Source: an uncultured Chlorobiaceae bacterium
GTDB lineage: Bacteria; Bacteroidota; Ignavibacteria; UBA10030; SZUA-254
NCBI GenBank assembly: GCA_964354225.1
Contig: CAYGZC010000028.1
Coordinates: forward strand, 4,536 to 68,535
Direction: 5' to 3'
Length of the DNA: 64,000 nt
The position numbers and the translations under genes were made by a program. Of this stretch, positions 28,801-37,517 are shown one piece after another. The notes under the pieces are model-generated. The model had not been told where the DNA came from, made no database searches, and worked only from the letters and a program-made list of their open reading frames with translations. Each line of letters opens with the position of its first letter. The stretch's first letter is position 1.

Positions 28801-30160
28801 TAATTTCCAGGTGATGCTTCATGAAACAACTAATCTTATCGAGTTCTGCTACGGTTCAGTATATGCCGGTGTATTGTCATCTTATTATGGGGCATCAATT
28901 GGCTTGAAAGATTATGCGGGCGGTGATTATCGTTTCTATGATGTCTATAGTCAACGTACAGGATTGATAGTTGATCTCAATACAAGTCTTAATCCGCTAA
29001 CCGATTGGCCCGGACAGGATAACTGCTATCAGATTACAACAAACCCTAATGGAATTAGCTTGGCATTAACAAGTGATTGGAACCTGATCTCTCTTCCTGT
29101 GAATAGAAGCAATTATTCTATTGCATCCATTTTTCCAACAGCGGTTTCCGGTACATTGTTCCAATATACAACATCGTATCAAACGGCAGATTCAATAATG
29201 CCGGGGGGCGGCTATTGGTTAAAGTTCCCGGCATCGATGAACCAATTCATCATCGGTTCAGAGATGCCATCGGTTTCTGTATCATTAAATGCCGGCTGGA
29301 ATATCATCGGCTCTGTCGATCATGAAGTAACCGCACCAAGCGGAGGGATAATTACAAGCAGCGTGTTCGAGTTTAATGGCTCGGGATACTCTGAAGTATC
29401 GACGTTAAAACCCGGTAAGGGATACTGGGTGAGGGCCAGTTCAACAGGCGTTCTGACACTTGGACCACAGAATGAGCCCAAACCATCAGCAAAGAAAGTT
29501 GAAGCGAATTTCACGATGACTATCACGGATAAATTGGGACGGAAGCGGGAGCTTTCACTTTCGGAGAATCAGGTAAACCTTGAGCGATATGATTTACCGC
29601 CGTTACCGCCTGCTGAAGTATTCGATGTTCGCTTCACCAGCCAGCGAATGCTTGAATCATATCCGAAAGAGATAAATGAAGAAACATTATGTCCAATCAA
29701 GATGCAGTCGCCGGTATATCCACTGACGATAACATACAAGACCCAGAATGCAGGCAGTAAAGGATATGTTATAGATGAAATGTTTAACGATAAAATCACG
29801 GGTTCTCATAATCTCTCTGGTGAAGGAAAGATAATAATCAACAGCGGTGATGAGAGAACACTTCGATTGAGAGTAATCAGTGGAAAACAAATTCCGACTC
29901 ATTTTGCACTGATGCAGAATTATCCGAATCCTTTCAATCCGATCACAGCAATCTCGTTTGATCTTCCGGCGAAAAGCACCGTTAGCTTAAAGGTGTACGA
30001 TATAATTGGGAAGGAAGTGATGACGCTGGCTAATGGAGAATACGAAGCAGGCTCATATGCTGTTCAAGCCGACTTAACCAATCTGGCAAGCGGAATGTAT
30101 TTGTACAGGCTGAGAGTGGGCACATTCACTGATGTGAAAAAGATGATACTCGCAAAGTAA
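25805..30160 (+). CDS. Large secreted Asp-box (BNR)/sortilin-like beta-propeller protein with a T9SS C-terminal sorting domain
   Basis: 1451 aa. It has about a dozen SxDxGxTW-like Asp-boxes (e.g. TIDGGTTWT, STNAGSTWE, TTDGGTNWS, TTNGGTLWT, STDAGTSWS). C-terminal QNYPNPFNPITAISFDLP...GMYLYRLRVGTFTDVKKMILAK. Confidence 0.8.
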   Translation: MRNVYFATLCVFIFMFTFICTLKYQESSPTAEQGEGGKNGRSGALEALEFWTRSRAYPENDIPQDKYFRAFQSAKVKTREISSLLSAASIWDPIGPLNLQGRTKSVAINPMNPNTVYVGTASGGLWRSYTGGLGGDWHQVKLGHPALGISAIVIDPTDSNTIYLGTGEVYRYQNSMVGLVVRTTRGSYGIGILKTIDGGTTWTKSLDWSYEQQRGIQSLKMNPLNPRTLWAATSEGIYKSTNAGSTWEEMLFGYMTQDIVIHLTDTNKVLCTIGNFYPSVTFYTTDGGTNWSASPLPSYTGKTTLAIYPVNPNVVYASAADSTNGVGALYRTTDFGISWTKLKEYFNTGQLLGVQGWYSHYVAVYPTDSSIIVHNGVGRSKSTNGGITFSGVSSGYSDNHSYAIHPTNPNILYAVNDDGIYRSTNFGSSYTNIGFGLQSGQIYNGFSCSTIDSLLALAQSQDHIPGYRYLGSSTWDHGSAVDEAGWNAITPSNDNIMYSVYRFGQALYKSIDRGESFFYVGGFSSGAWNSPIVVSPSNPNILYVGTTRIYKSIDGAGSWNSGSYLDGNPALSMAVSAMNSDTVYVGMAPQVNRAHIYCTTNGGTLWTNVTGSLPDRYPIDMAVDPTNSKIVYVAFGGFGTGHLYKSTDAGTSWSNITGTLPDAPTTAIAIDPLYPNIVYVGNDIGVYVATNSGSTWSGFSAGLPDAVIVADLTISPSNRALRVATHGNGIWERKLLNELPETYFDYKALTVNYPVDGTVLNVGLPLSSMKASFRSLSLQAHPDSFDVKYRILLDNTEVFSKTKRILGLVSAENRTVTFDGSYAPIEDGTYIVQAITLASDDNNNNDTVQSTFNIIAPSTVSYWTATKIHSPYTEITSGSPGPSGDDNWMRTEIPFSFTYDNHTYDSVLINTNGWLELGAGTRGFLMGLSTAEQIGSYFTYSLATTDHPTKALGPWWTDLSAAPGQITYKTIGSAPNRTFIVQWKDVPAYCCDAATTTTLNFQVMLHETTNLIEFCYGSVYAGVLSSYYGASIGLKDYAGGDYRFYDVYSQRTGLIVDLNTSLNPLTDWPGQDNCYQITTNPNGISLALTSDWNLISLPVNRSNYSIASIFPTAVSGTLFQYTTSYQTADSIMPGGGYWLKFPASMNQFIIGSEMPSVSVSLNAGWNIIGSVDHEVTAPSGGIITSSVFEFNGSGYSEVSTLKPGKGYWVRASSTGVLTLGPQNEPKPSAKKVEANFTMTITDKLGRKRELSLSENQVNLERYDLPPLPPAEVFDVRFTSQRMLESYPKEINEETLCPIKMQSPVYPLTITYKTQNAGSKGYVIDEMFNDKITGSHNLSGEGKIIINSGDERTLRLRVISGKQIPTHFALMQNYPNPFNPITAISFDLPAKSTVSLKVYDIIGKEVMTLANGEYEAGSYAVQADLTNLASGMYLYRLRVGTFTDVKKMILAK

Positions 30161-30177
30161 GTCATTTCACCCGGTTT

Positions 30178-30237
30178 AGAACTCCGATTTCTATCTTATT
30201 ATTTCCCCAGCAAGAAATTGGAGTTCTTCTTTGTTTG
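30178..30237 (+). terminator. Long hairpin / probable terminator after the 1451-aa gene
   Basis: AGAACTCCGATTTCT (30178-30192) pairs with AGAAATTGGAGTTCT (30213-30227) at 14 of 15 positions plus one G-U, followed by a T-rich run. Confidence 0.55.
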
Positions 30238-30394
30238 CACTTCACCTTCCTACACCTTATATTCTAATCGATTCGAAACTTGTCCGAAGGACTCCTTCGA
30301 AGAAACTTGTATCATCAATTCCCGATTCGTTTCACTCATCGGGATTTCGTCCCGCTTATTGAAATAGCGGGATTCAACTTAAATCTATTATTTT

Positions 30395-31003
30395 ATGATC
30401 TCCGGAATCATACTTGCTGCCGGCTCTTCTCAACGCATGGGCTTGCCGAAAGCTCTCCTAAAAATTGGAGAGAAAACATTTCTCCAACATATTGTCGAAG
30501 CCCTTCACTCAGCGCGAATAATCGATGTTGTTATTGTTCTCGGTGCAGAAGCGGAAAAGATTCAAAAAACATTGACATGGTTCGATGGAAAAGTTGTCGT
30601 CAACGACGAATGGCAGAAAGGGCAGCTTACATCAATAATCACTGGACTGAATAATTTGGATATGACTGCGACCGATCCGGAAGAAATCCACGGTGCAATA
30701 ATTTGTCCGGCGGATCATCCACTGCTTACACAATCGCTCTTGGTTGATCTACTTCAAGGGTATTGGCTATCAAAAAAAAGAATTATTATTCCTATACATC
30801 GGGGAAAACGGGGTCATCCGGTTATTTTCGATAGAGAACTTTTTGATGATATACGAAATGCTCCGCTTGATATTGGTGCGAGAGCAGTTGTGCGAAATCA
30901 TGAGCAGGAGGTTCACAAAGTTGATGTGAATGACGAAGGAGTACTTATCAACATCGATTCACCTGACGATTACAAAAAATATATTCTAAACTATGGCAAG
31001 TGA
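30395..31003 (+). CDS. MobA-like NTP transferase (possible Moco cytidylyltransferase, MocA-like)
   Basis: GIILAAGSSQRMGLPKALL N-terminal motif; 202 aa. Confidence 0.7.
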   Translation: MISGIILAAGSSQRMGLPKALLKIGEKTFLQHIVEALHSARIIDVVIVLGAEAEKIQKTLTWFDGKVVVNDEWQKGQLTSIITGLNNLDMTATDPEEIHGAIICPADHPLLTQSLLVDLLQGYWLSKKRIIIPIHRGKRGHPVIFDRELFDDIRNAPLDIGARAVVRNHEQEVHKVDVNDEGVLINIDSPDDYKKYILNYGK

Positions 31004-32510
31004 CGGATATTTGCTCGGTTATGATGTCGGAAGTTCCTTCGTAAAAGCAGCACTACTTGATTCTGCATCCGGGGCAGTGATTGCCTCTGCCAGTTCGCCC
31101 GAGCAAGGAATAGAAATACTCTCGTCTAAACCCGGTTGGGCTGAGCAGCATCCGTCTTTGTGGTGGGATAATGTGAAGAAGGTAACCACAATGCTTAGGG
31201 AAAAATCAGGTGCCGATCTGCACGATGTCTGCGCCATCGGTATCTCGTACCAAATGCACGGACTAGTAATTATTGATAAAAACTATCAAGTGCTCAGACC
31301 GGCAATCATTTGGTGCGACACTCGTGCGGCTGATATCGGCGAGCGGGCATTTAACTCGCTCGGTGAACAAACTTGTTTCCATCGTCTGCTTAATTCTCCT
31401 GGTAACTTCACAGCATCTAAATTAAAATGGGTTATGGACCGCGAGCCGGATATTTATCGGCGTATAAACAAATTCATGTTGCCCGGTGATTACATCGGGA
31501 TGATGATGACGGGTGAAATTCTTACAACACCCTTAGGACTATCGGAGATGATTTTGTGGGATTATTTAGAAGACAAGATTGCCGATTTTGTGCTGCGTCA
31601 TTTCGGAATCTCTCAAGATCTGATGCCTCAGGTTGTTCCAAACTTTTACGATCAAGGAGTTCTCACAGAAAAGGCAGCCGTAGAGTTAGGACTGAAACCA
31701 AGAACTAAAGTTACATATCGAGCAGGCGATCAGCCAAACAGTTCGTTCTCACTTAACGTCTTGAGACCGGGTGAAGCTGCGATTGCGGCAAACACAACCG
31801 GCGTTATCTTCGGTATCACCGATAAAGCCGCGGCTGATTCTCAATCCCGTGTGAATACATTCTTGCATGTTAACCACACAAAAAACAAACCAAAATATGC
31901 TGTTCTCCTTTATATTAATGGCGGAAGCATACTCAATAGCTGGCTCAAGAGAAATGTCGTTACCTTTGGCAGTGATACTCTTACATACTCGCAGATGAAT
32001 AAACTTGCCGAATTAATTCCTGCCGGTTCAGAAGGGCTCGTTATTTTCCCGTACGGAAACGGAGTTGAACCTACACTAAATAACAAAAATATCGGGGCGG
32101 CAATGTGTAATTTAGATTTCACAATTCACAGCAAGCCGCATATTCTTCGGGCGGCACAGGAAGGAATTGCTTTTGCGCTCAAACACGGACTGGAAATTGT
32201 ATCCGGGATGGGATTGGAAGTTCAGGTGATAAAAGCAAGCAGTTCGGGTATGTTCCTCAGCCCGATTTTCTGTGAGGCACTTTCAACCGTAACGAATGTA
32301 CCGGTAACACTCTATAATACTGATGCCGCTCAAGGAGCTGCCCGCGGTGCAGGCGTTGGTGTTGGAATATATGAATCGGTGGAAGATGCGTTCATCGGTC
32401 TAACGACCATGAAAGTTATTGAGCCGAATCTAAGAAAACGGGAAACATATCTCGAAGCGTATATAAAATGGTATAATGTTTTGAAAAAGTTTCTTTCATC
32501 TGAAAGTTAA
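30993..32510 (+). CDS. FGGY-family carbohydrate kinase (xylulokinase-like)
   Basis: 505 aa with LGYDVGSSFVKAAL N-terminal phosphate-binding motif and FGGY N- and C-domain layout. The start overlaps the preceding gene by 11 nt. Confidence 0.8.
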   Translation: MASDGYLLGYDVGSSFVKAALLDSASGAVIASASSPEQGIEILSSKPGWAEQHPSLWWDNVKKVTTMLREKSGADLHDVCAIGISYQMHGLVIIDKNYQVLRPAIIWCDTRAADIGERAFNSLGEQTCFHRLLNSPGNFTASKLKWVMDREPDIYRRINKFMLPGDYIGMMMTGEILTTPLGLSEMILWDYLEDKIADFVLRHFGISQDLMPQVVPNFYDQGVLTEKAAVELGLKPRTKVTYRAGDQPNSSFSLNVLRPGEAAIAANTTGVIFGITDKAAADSQSRVNTFLHVNHTKNKPKYAVLLYINGGSILNSWLKRNVVTFGSDTLTYSQMNKLAELIPAGSEGLVIFPYGNGVEPTLNNKNIGAAMCNLDFTIHSKPHILRAAQEGIAFALKHGLEIVSGMGLEVQVIKASSSGMFLSPIFCEALSTVTNVPVTLYNTDAAQGAARGAGVGVGIYESVEDAFIGLTTMKVIEPNLRKRETYLEAYIKWYNVLKKFLSSES

Positions 32511-32554
32511 ATTAGCCAATTCACAAAATGAAATAATGCAAAGAGGACTGCAAT

Positions 32555-33202
32555 ATGAATACCAAAAGAACATTCTTAAATATTATCTTAGCGATCTCGC
32601 TCTTGCATATCTTCTGCGAAAATTCTTCCGGGCAGGTGAGAGCATATGGACTCAAAATCGGAACCGTTGCTTCAAGACTTGATTTTGATTACGCAGCAAA
32701 TCTTGATCGTAATCTCAATACTTACTACCGATGGGGAATAAATGTCGGTGTTTTTATAGAGGCATTGGACGTTCCAAATCTGAGTGTAGTAGGATCTGTG
32801 GATTATACACAGAAAGGTGTTGGCTTTAAACTTATAGAGAGAACACCGGCGCATCCTGAAGGCATCGAAGGACCGAAGTCATTTGCCGACGAAATTGATT
32901 ACCTTTCGCTATCAATATTATTGAAACCAAGAATTGATCTGCGGTTCGGTGAGTTCTACGTGCTTGCAGGACCACGGCTCGACGTTATGCTAAGAGCGCT
33001 AAATGAGTGGAGCATATACACTCATTTTCGCGATGGCGCTTATGGTGTAACGATTGGCGGCGGTTTCATTGTACCTGATATGGTTGCCCGTGGTGTTGGA
33101 TTGGAAATTCAATATAGTCCCAATTTTGGAAAAGAATATTCTTCCGACAAAGTGAGTGTTACGGGTACATCTGTCCAGATACTACTAGTTCTTGAATTAT
33201 AA
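32555..33202 (+). CDS. Small outer-membrane beta-barrel protein (porin-family-like)
   Basis: Signal peptide, alternating hydrophobic beta-strand pattern, and a C-terminal aromatic-rich strand. Confidence 0.55.
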   Translation: MNTKRTFLNIILAISLLHIFCENSSGQVRAYGLKIGTVASRLDFDYAANLDRNLNTYYRWGINVGVFIEALDVPNLSVVGSVDYTQKGVGFKLIERTPAHPEGIEGPKSFADEIDYLSLSILLKPRIDLRFGEFYVLAGPRLDVMLRALNEWSIYTHFRDGAYGVTIGGGFIVPDMVARGVGLEIQYSPNFGKEYSSDKVSVTGTSVQILLVLEL

Positions 33203-33877
33203 ATGATCGATTATTACAGCGACAAGCTCTCCGCCGAAAGATTGAAGCGTGTTTACGAGATAGCACCTCCGCGCGTTCGGCAATATTTTGAGGCAGAAAT
33301 TAACTACGTATTGCAAAAAATCGGTTCGGACGAATTAGTTTTAGATTTAGGGTGTGGATATGGACGAATCATTCCTATGCTTGCTAAGCGAGCAAAATCT
33401 GTTATCGGTATTGATACTTCTTTTTCTAGTTTGTCAATGGGCAAAGAAATGCTTTCTAAAATTTCAAATTACAACCTGTTACAAGTGAATGCAGTTCATC
33501 TTGCTTTCCGTGATCGTAGTTTTGATGTAGTTATTTGCATTCAGAATGGAATCTCTGCCTTCCATGTTGATCAAAAAAATTTGATAAAAGAAAGTATGCG
33601 CGTAACCAAGCCGAACGGTAAAATTTTTTTCTCAAGCTACTCTGAGAAATTTTGGAATCACCGGCTTGAGTGGTTTCAATTGCAATCAGCGGCAGAACTT
33701 TTGGGTGAAGTTGATTATGAGAAAACAAGAGATGGCGTGATCGTTTGCAAGGATGGATTTACAGCAACTACCGTAAACCCGGATCAATTTCTTTCTTTGG
33801 TTTCAGGTTTGGATATTGAAGCAAAAATCGTGCAGGTGGATGAATCAAGTGTGTTTTGTGAGATGAGGAAGAAATAA
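33203..33877 (+). CDS. Class I SAM-dependent methyltransferase
   Basis: Motif I VLDLGCGYGR. The post-I and motif II spacing is typical of the Methyltransf_11/25 fold. Confidence 0.8.
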   Translation: MIDYYSDKLSAERLKRVYEIAPPRVRQYFEAEINYVLQKIGSDELVLDLGCGYGRIIPMLAKRAKSVIGIDTSFSSLSMGKEMLSKISNYNLLQVNAVHLAFRDRSFDVVICIQNGISAFHVDQKNLIKESMRVTKPNGKIFFSSYSEKFWNHRLEWFQLQSAAELLGEVDYEKTRDGVIVCKDGFTATTVNPDQFLSLVSGLDIEAKIVQVDESSVFCEMRKK

Positions 33878-33940
33878 TATAACTTCAGCATTCCATCCAA
33901 AACAAGAATACTGAGGTTCTTAATTACACGAAGCTATTAT

Positions 33941-34996
33941 TTAAAATGCTTTCCGTCTACGCCGCACAATGGAAACCAACGATATTAGGACGAGCAACAA
34001 TAACAAGCCAGCCGATACAATAAAAGCCCAAACATTAACCACCCGCGACGATGCATGCATAACATAAGCGGCAACCTTCGCATGATACGGACTGAACTTC
34101 CAGGTTACACTGTTTCCCCGGATTGTCTGACCGTTTGATTCCAGCAGCAATCCCGGCATAATAGTGGTATATTCCCAGGTATCTGGAAATTTTATAAGCT
34201 CATCTTTCAATTGCATGGCTTGTACTGCCTGCACAGCAGTCGGCCGTAGTTTCTCGGTGGCAGCTTTGCCGAAAACTTTTTCACCTGACTCTAAATAAAT
34301 GTTCAGGAGAATCTCATCTTGAGTAAGCGTTGTGTCCGAATATTTTTTTCCTGCTTTCTTCGTTGAATCATCCTCAGCAAGCATGCTTGCGAAACGTTCT
34401 TTATTATCGCGAAGAAGTGAAACAGTAACTGTAGGATCATTCATTCTTTCAGCATCATTTATCAATGCCGCAAACAGTTCCTCAAACTCATCTCTTTCTA
34501 TCCACCTATCAACTTTTTCCTTTAGTGCTTCTTCCTTTTCACCGCGCTGGAATTGTTCTATCTCTTCCGGAGTCAGAAAATCTGTGACGGGTACATGCCC
34601 GTATGGATTTTTAAACAGATATTTCTCGCTGTAATCGATGTAGGTATAAAACCATTGAAATCGTTTTTCGATTGAAACATCTATTCGCATGGCTTTTGAG
34701 ATGTTCTCCGATGAATATTCGGCGCGGAATTCTTCGGGTGTCCGGAACGATTTAGTAGCGATGTATTCATAGGATACGCTGGTGTCGCCACTTTCCCGCC
34801 ATTCAACCGACCATCCATCCGAACCCAGCGGAAATGCCCTCTCGGGGACGGACTTCGATTGCAGTTTCATTGAAATCGTTCGCTGACACGAGCCGTCGCT
34901 ATTGATTGTGGTTTTCACTTTTTCGTCAAGACATCCAGTCAGTGAAATCAGTAACGGGAATAACAGAGTGATTATTATTTTATTGATCAAGTTCAT
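33941..34996 (-). CDS. Hypothetical lipoprotein with a C-terminal membrane anchor
   Basis: The N-terminus LLISLTGC is a lipobox-like signal. There is a C-terminal TM helix plus an RRRRK stop-transfer sequence. It is the last gene of the ECF sigma module. Confidence 0.6.
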   Translation of the reverse strand: MNLINKIIITLLFPLLISLTGCLDEKVKTTINSDGSCQRTISMKLQSKSVPERAFPLGSDGWSVEWRESGDTSVSYEYIATKSFRTPEEFRAEYSSENISKAMRIDVSIEKRFQWFYTYIDYSEKYLFKNPYGHVPVTDFLTPEEIEQFQRGEKEEALKEKVDRWIERDEFEELFAALINDAERMNDPTVTVSLLRDNKERFASMLAEDDSTKKAGKKYSDTTLTQDEILLNIYLESGEKVFGKAATEKLRPTAVQAVQAMQLKDELIKFPDTWEYTTIMPGLLLESNGQTIRGNSVTWKFSPYHAKVAAYVMHASSRVVNVWAFIVSAGLLLLLVLISLVSIVRRRRKAF

Positions 34997-34998
34997 AA

Positions 34999-35739
34999 TT
35001 ATTTTTCTCCTTCTTGTGTCAATTGTTCAAGATCTTTAATTAGTGCTTTCCCTTCTGTAGCCAGAATCTTTCGCTCACGGTCATTAATTCCATCTTCGAG
35101 TGTCACCTTCGACAGGTTCGGGTACCGAGAAGATAGATAATCGAAAAGTCCATTTTTCTTTTTGAATAATTCGAGAAGCTCTGAACCAATCATTCGCATT
35201 GGATCCAACCCGATCGCTGCGTTATTAAACGATGATGGGGATGCAAAACCTTTCTTTTCCTCTAATGATGCTATCCCAATGAGACGTCTCGCATCTGAAT
35301 TAGTATAAGAAACATCTACTCCAGCGTTTCTTTCCATAGTTTGTAAATGTATTTCGAGATTAGAAATCTTTTGTGCGTCTCGCGATTGTTGAGTTACAAA
35401 TAACACGGTGGCAGCCAAAACGATAAAGCTTAACGCTGGTCGCAGCCAGCCGAATATTACATCTAAATTCAGAGGTCTCTTTTCGCTTGTCCTATTGCTA
35501 ATATTTATTTTTACAATGCGATCTATTGTCTCATTAACAAGAGAGACATCCTCGGATAAATCCGGAACACTTTCTCTAAGTGGTAAGAGAGCGGCGTCAA
35601 TTGAAAGCAGTTGTTGAATAATTTCTTGACAATATGTGCAGCTCTTGGTATGCTCAAGAACCTTTTTACTTTCATCAGCCGATAGCTCTCCATTACGATA
35701 AAGATAGATTAGAGATTCGATTTTTCTACATTCATTCAT
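34999..35739 (-). CDS. Putative anti-sigma factor (zf-HC2-like N-terminus, single TM)
   Basis: An H-x3-C-x2-C motif (HTKSCTYCQE) near the N-terminus and a central TM helix (LRPALSFIVLAATVLFV). The start overlaps the ECF sigma gene stop. Confidence 0.6.
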   Translation of the reverse strand: MNECRKIESLIYLYRNGELSADESKKVLEHTKSCTYCQEIIQQLLSIDAALLPLRESVPDLSEDVSLVNETIDRIVKINISNRTSEKRPLNLDVIFGWLRPALSFIVLAATVLFVTQQSRDAQKISNLEIHLQTMERNAGVDVSYTNSDARRLIGIASLEEKKGFASPSSFNNAAIGLDPMRMIGSELLELFKKKNGLFDYLSSRYPNLSKVTLEDGINDRERKILATEGKALIKDLEQLTQEGEK

Positions 35740-36332
35740 AACTGCTCACTTTCCTGCAATCGATTTACAGCAATACGAATTCTCCGACGGGCATAGCAGA
35801 GGTTTGTTTTTACCGAACCGATTGATATTCCAACTATCTCCGCGATTTCCTCAATAGAAAAATCCAGAACATCACGAAGATGAAAAACAAGATATTCTTT
35901 CGGAGGCAGGTTCTTCGATTCGGAAATGACATGATCGCAAAGATCCGATTTCTCGACTTCCGAATGGAAATCCCTGCTATCGGCGACGTCATTATTTCCG
36001 AATAAATTTCCTGTATAACTAAAAATATTTTTCTGCCGTGAATTCATTTTTATTTTGTCATAGCATAAATTGATAACGATTTTATAAAGCCATGTGGTGA
36101 ATTTAATTTCCTTGCGATATTTTCTCAGATTGTTCCAAACACGGATAAATGCTTCTTGGACAACATCTTTTGAATTTTCTTCATCATGCAATAAACGGAA
36201 CGCAACCGCATAAGCATATTGTTTCTGTGAATCCATGAGCGACCTGAATGCCGCGATATCTCCATCTAAGCATTTCTGCACAAGCTCGGGCAAATTTGGT
36301 TTCTGCTGTTCCGATTTCAGTAAATTCCTCAT
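35736..36332 (-). CDS. ECF-type RNA polymerase sigma-70 family factor
   Basis: Region 2 (YAYAVAFRLLHDEENSKDVVQEAFIRVW...WLYKIVINLCYD) and a region 4 HTH (SIEEIAEIVGISIGSVKTNLCYARRRI). Confidence 0.85.
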   Translation of the reverse strand: MRNLLKSEQQKPNLPELVQKCLDGDIAAFRSLMDSQKQYAYAVAFRLLHDEENSKDVVQEAFIRVWNNLRKYRKEIKFTTWLYKIVINLCYDKIKMNSRQKNIFSYTGNLFGNNDVADSRDFHSEVEKSDLCDHVISESKNLPPKEYLVFHLRDVLDFSIEEIAEIVGISIGSVKTNLCYARRRIRIAVNRLQESEQL

Positions 36333-36426
36333 TGGCTGTATTTATAATCTTTTATAATGATACGACTGAAAGTAATACTGGTTAAAAAATATACCAAAAT
36401 TAATTAACACTAGAAACGGGGTAAAA

Positions 36427-36495
36427 TTTGGTATTTAAGCAAAAACTGGGGGATGAATGAATCGAGTGTGTTTTGTGAGATGATAAAGATGTAAT
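36427..36495 (+). pseudogene. Degenerate copy of the 3' end of the methyltransferase gene (fossil fragment / direct repeat of 33808-33878)
   Basis: 36457-36495 matches 33840-33878 at 34 of 39 positions and still reads NESSVFCEMIKM*, compared with DESSVFCEMRKK*. Weaker similarity extends about 30 nt further upstream and is interrupted by a stop. Confidence 0.55.
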
Positions 36496-36527
36496 TAGGT
36501 TGTGATTATTTCAGCTAACAGTTAGGT

Positions 36528-36650
36528 AAACAACGCAATATTTTTGTGAACCTCTGATTTTTATTTCAGGGAACAAAAGTATTGAGCAAGGTTTTCAGGC
36601 GTCAGACTTTTCCAGCGCCGTTGTTTGCTGTGTTATGTGCCGCTTAACCA
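36528..36650. repeat. Structured ~120-nt repeat, copy 1 (just 3' of ORF 36662-37348)
   Basis: Shares these blocks with copy 2: GCAATATTTTT(G/A)TGAACCT, ATTTCAG, AGTA(T/G)TGAGC(A/G)AG, TTTTCCA..GCCGTT(G/A)TTT, TGTGTTA(T/A)GTGC. Internal inverted repeat AAACAACG / CGTTGTTT. Confidence 0.6.
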
Positions 36651-36661
36651 GAATATCAATC

Positions 36662-37348
36662 TTACATATTTGGGTGAATCTGTTGTCTCCTAGCGTCAAT
36701 TGCTAAGATGAACTGTTTCAAGTTTTCTTCTCGGAGTCTCTTCAGTTCCTCGGAATAACCGATTTGAACCCACGGAGCACTTTCATAAATTGTGTTGAGC
36801 GTCTTGTTCACTCGAGTTTCGCTTTCGGCAATTTCAAGCTGACCTCCGTATCGGGTAACAAGTATCGATTTATATGCCACGGACGCTGGAATAAAATTGA
36901 TGGAGTATTGCATGTGATGCTTGTAAATCCAAATAATGTCAGATAGACGAACGAAGTTGACCGTAAACATTCTAGGTACAAGCAACCAAGAAGTTGTAAG
37001 TGTGCATTTTGGTAGGCGGATCAAGTTGCTTTCCAATCGGAACTCATTGTCGATATCCATAATCACAGTATTGAGTTCTCCATATCCAGACAGAGAGTGA
37101 TGAATAGGGTGGACAGCAGGCATCTTAGCACGTTTTATGTACTTTCGAATGTTCCATACTGGAACAATAAGCAATAGAGACAGGAAGAACAAAAATATGA
37201 CTGCCATAATCAGGTCTGCGCCTCCTCGATACGGAATTGTCTCCAAGAATAGGAATGCAAAGCACAGCACGGGAAGAACCAGAGCGATATTAACGATTAG
37301 CAAGTTCCTATTTGTTCGTCTAATCTGATAGTCAACCATACTTTGCAT
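36662..37348 (-). CDS. Hypothetical membrane protein (two N-terminal TM helices plus a soluble C-terminal domain)
   Basis: 228-aa ORF preceded by AAGGAGA. I recognise no motif. Confidence 0.6.
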   Translation of the reverse strand: MQSMVDYQIRRTNRNLLIVNIALVLPVLCFAFLFLETIPYRGGADLIMAVIFLFFLSLLLIVPVWNIRKYIKRAKMPAVHPIHHSLSGYGELNTVIMDIDNEFRLESNLIRLPKCTLTTSWLLVPRMFTVNFVRLSDIIWIYKHHMQYSINFIPASVAYKSILVTRYGGQLEIAESETRVNKTLNTIYESAPWVQIGYSEELKRLREENLKQFILAIDARRQQIHPNM

Positions 37349-37390
37349 TTATTATCTCCTTAGTGGTTAAATGGCACATAATGTCCCGAC

Positions 37391-37507
37391 GAATAAAGCA
37401 ATATTTTTATGAACCTATAATTTTCATTTCAGCGTACTATAGTAGTGAGCGAGACTTTATTATCATTGGCTTTATTTTCCATTGCCGTTATTTTATGTGT
37501 TAAGTGC
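37391..37507. repeat. Structured ~120-nt repeat, copy 2 (just 3' of ORF 37518-38180)
   Basis: Aligns with copy 1 through the blocks listed there. Internal inverted repeat AATAAAGC / GCTTTATT at the position equivalent to the copy 1 stem. Confidence 0.6.
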
Positions 37508-37517
37508 AGTTACGCCT

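Noticed and set aside
30280-30654. 124-aa ORF overlapping the MocA-like gene
   Set aside because: It is in a different frame from the motif-bearing ORF at 30395, and its composition is Cys/Arg-rich and low complexity. It is probably spurious.
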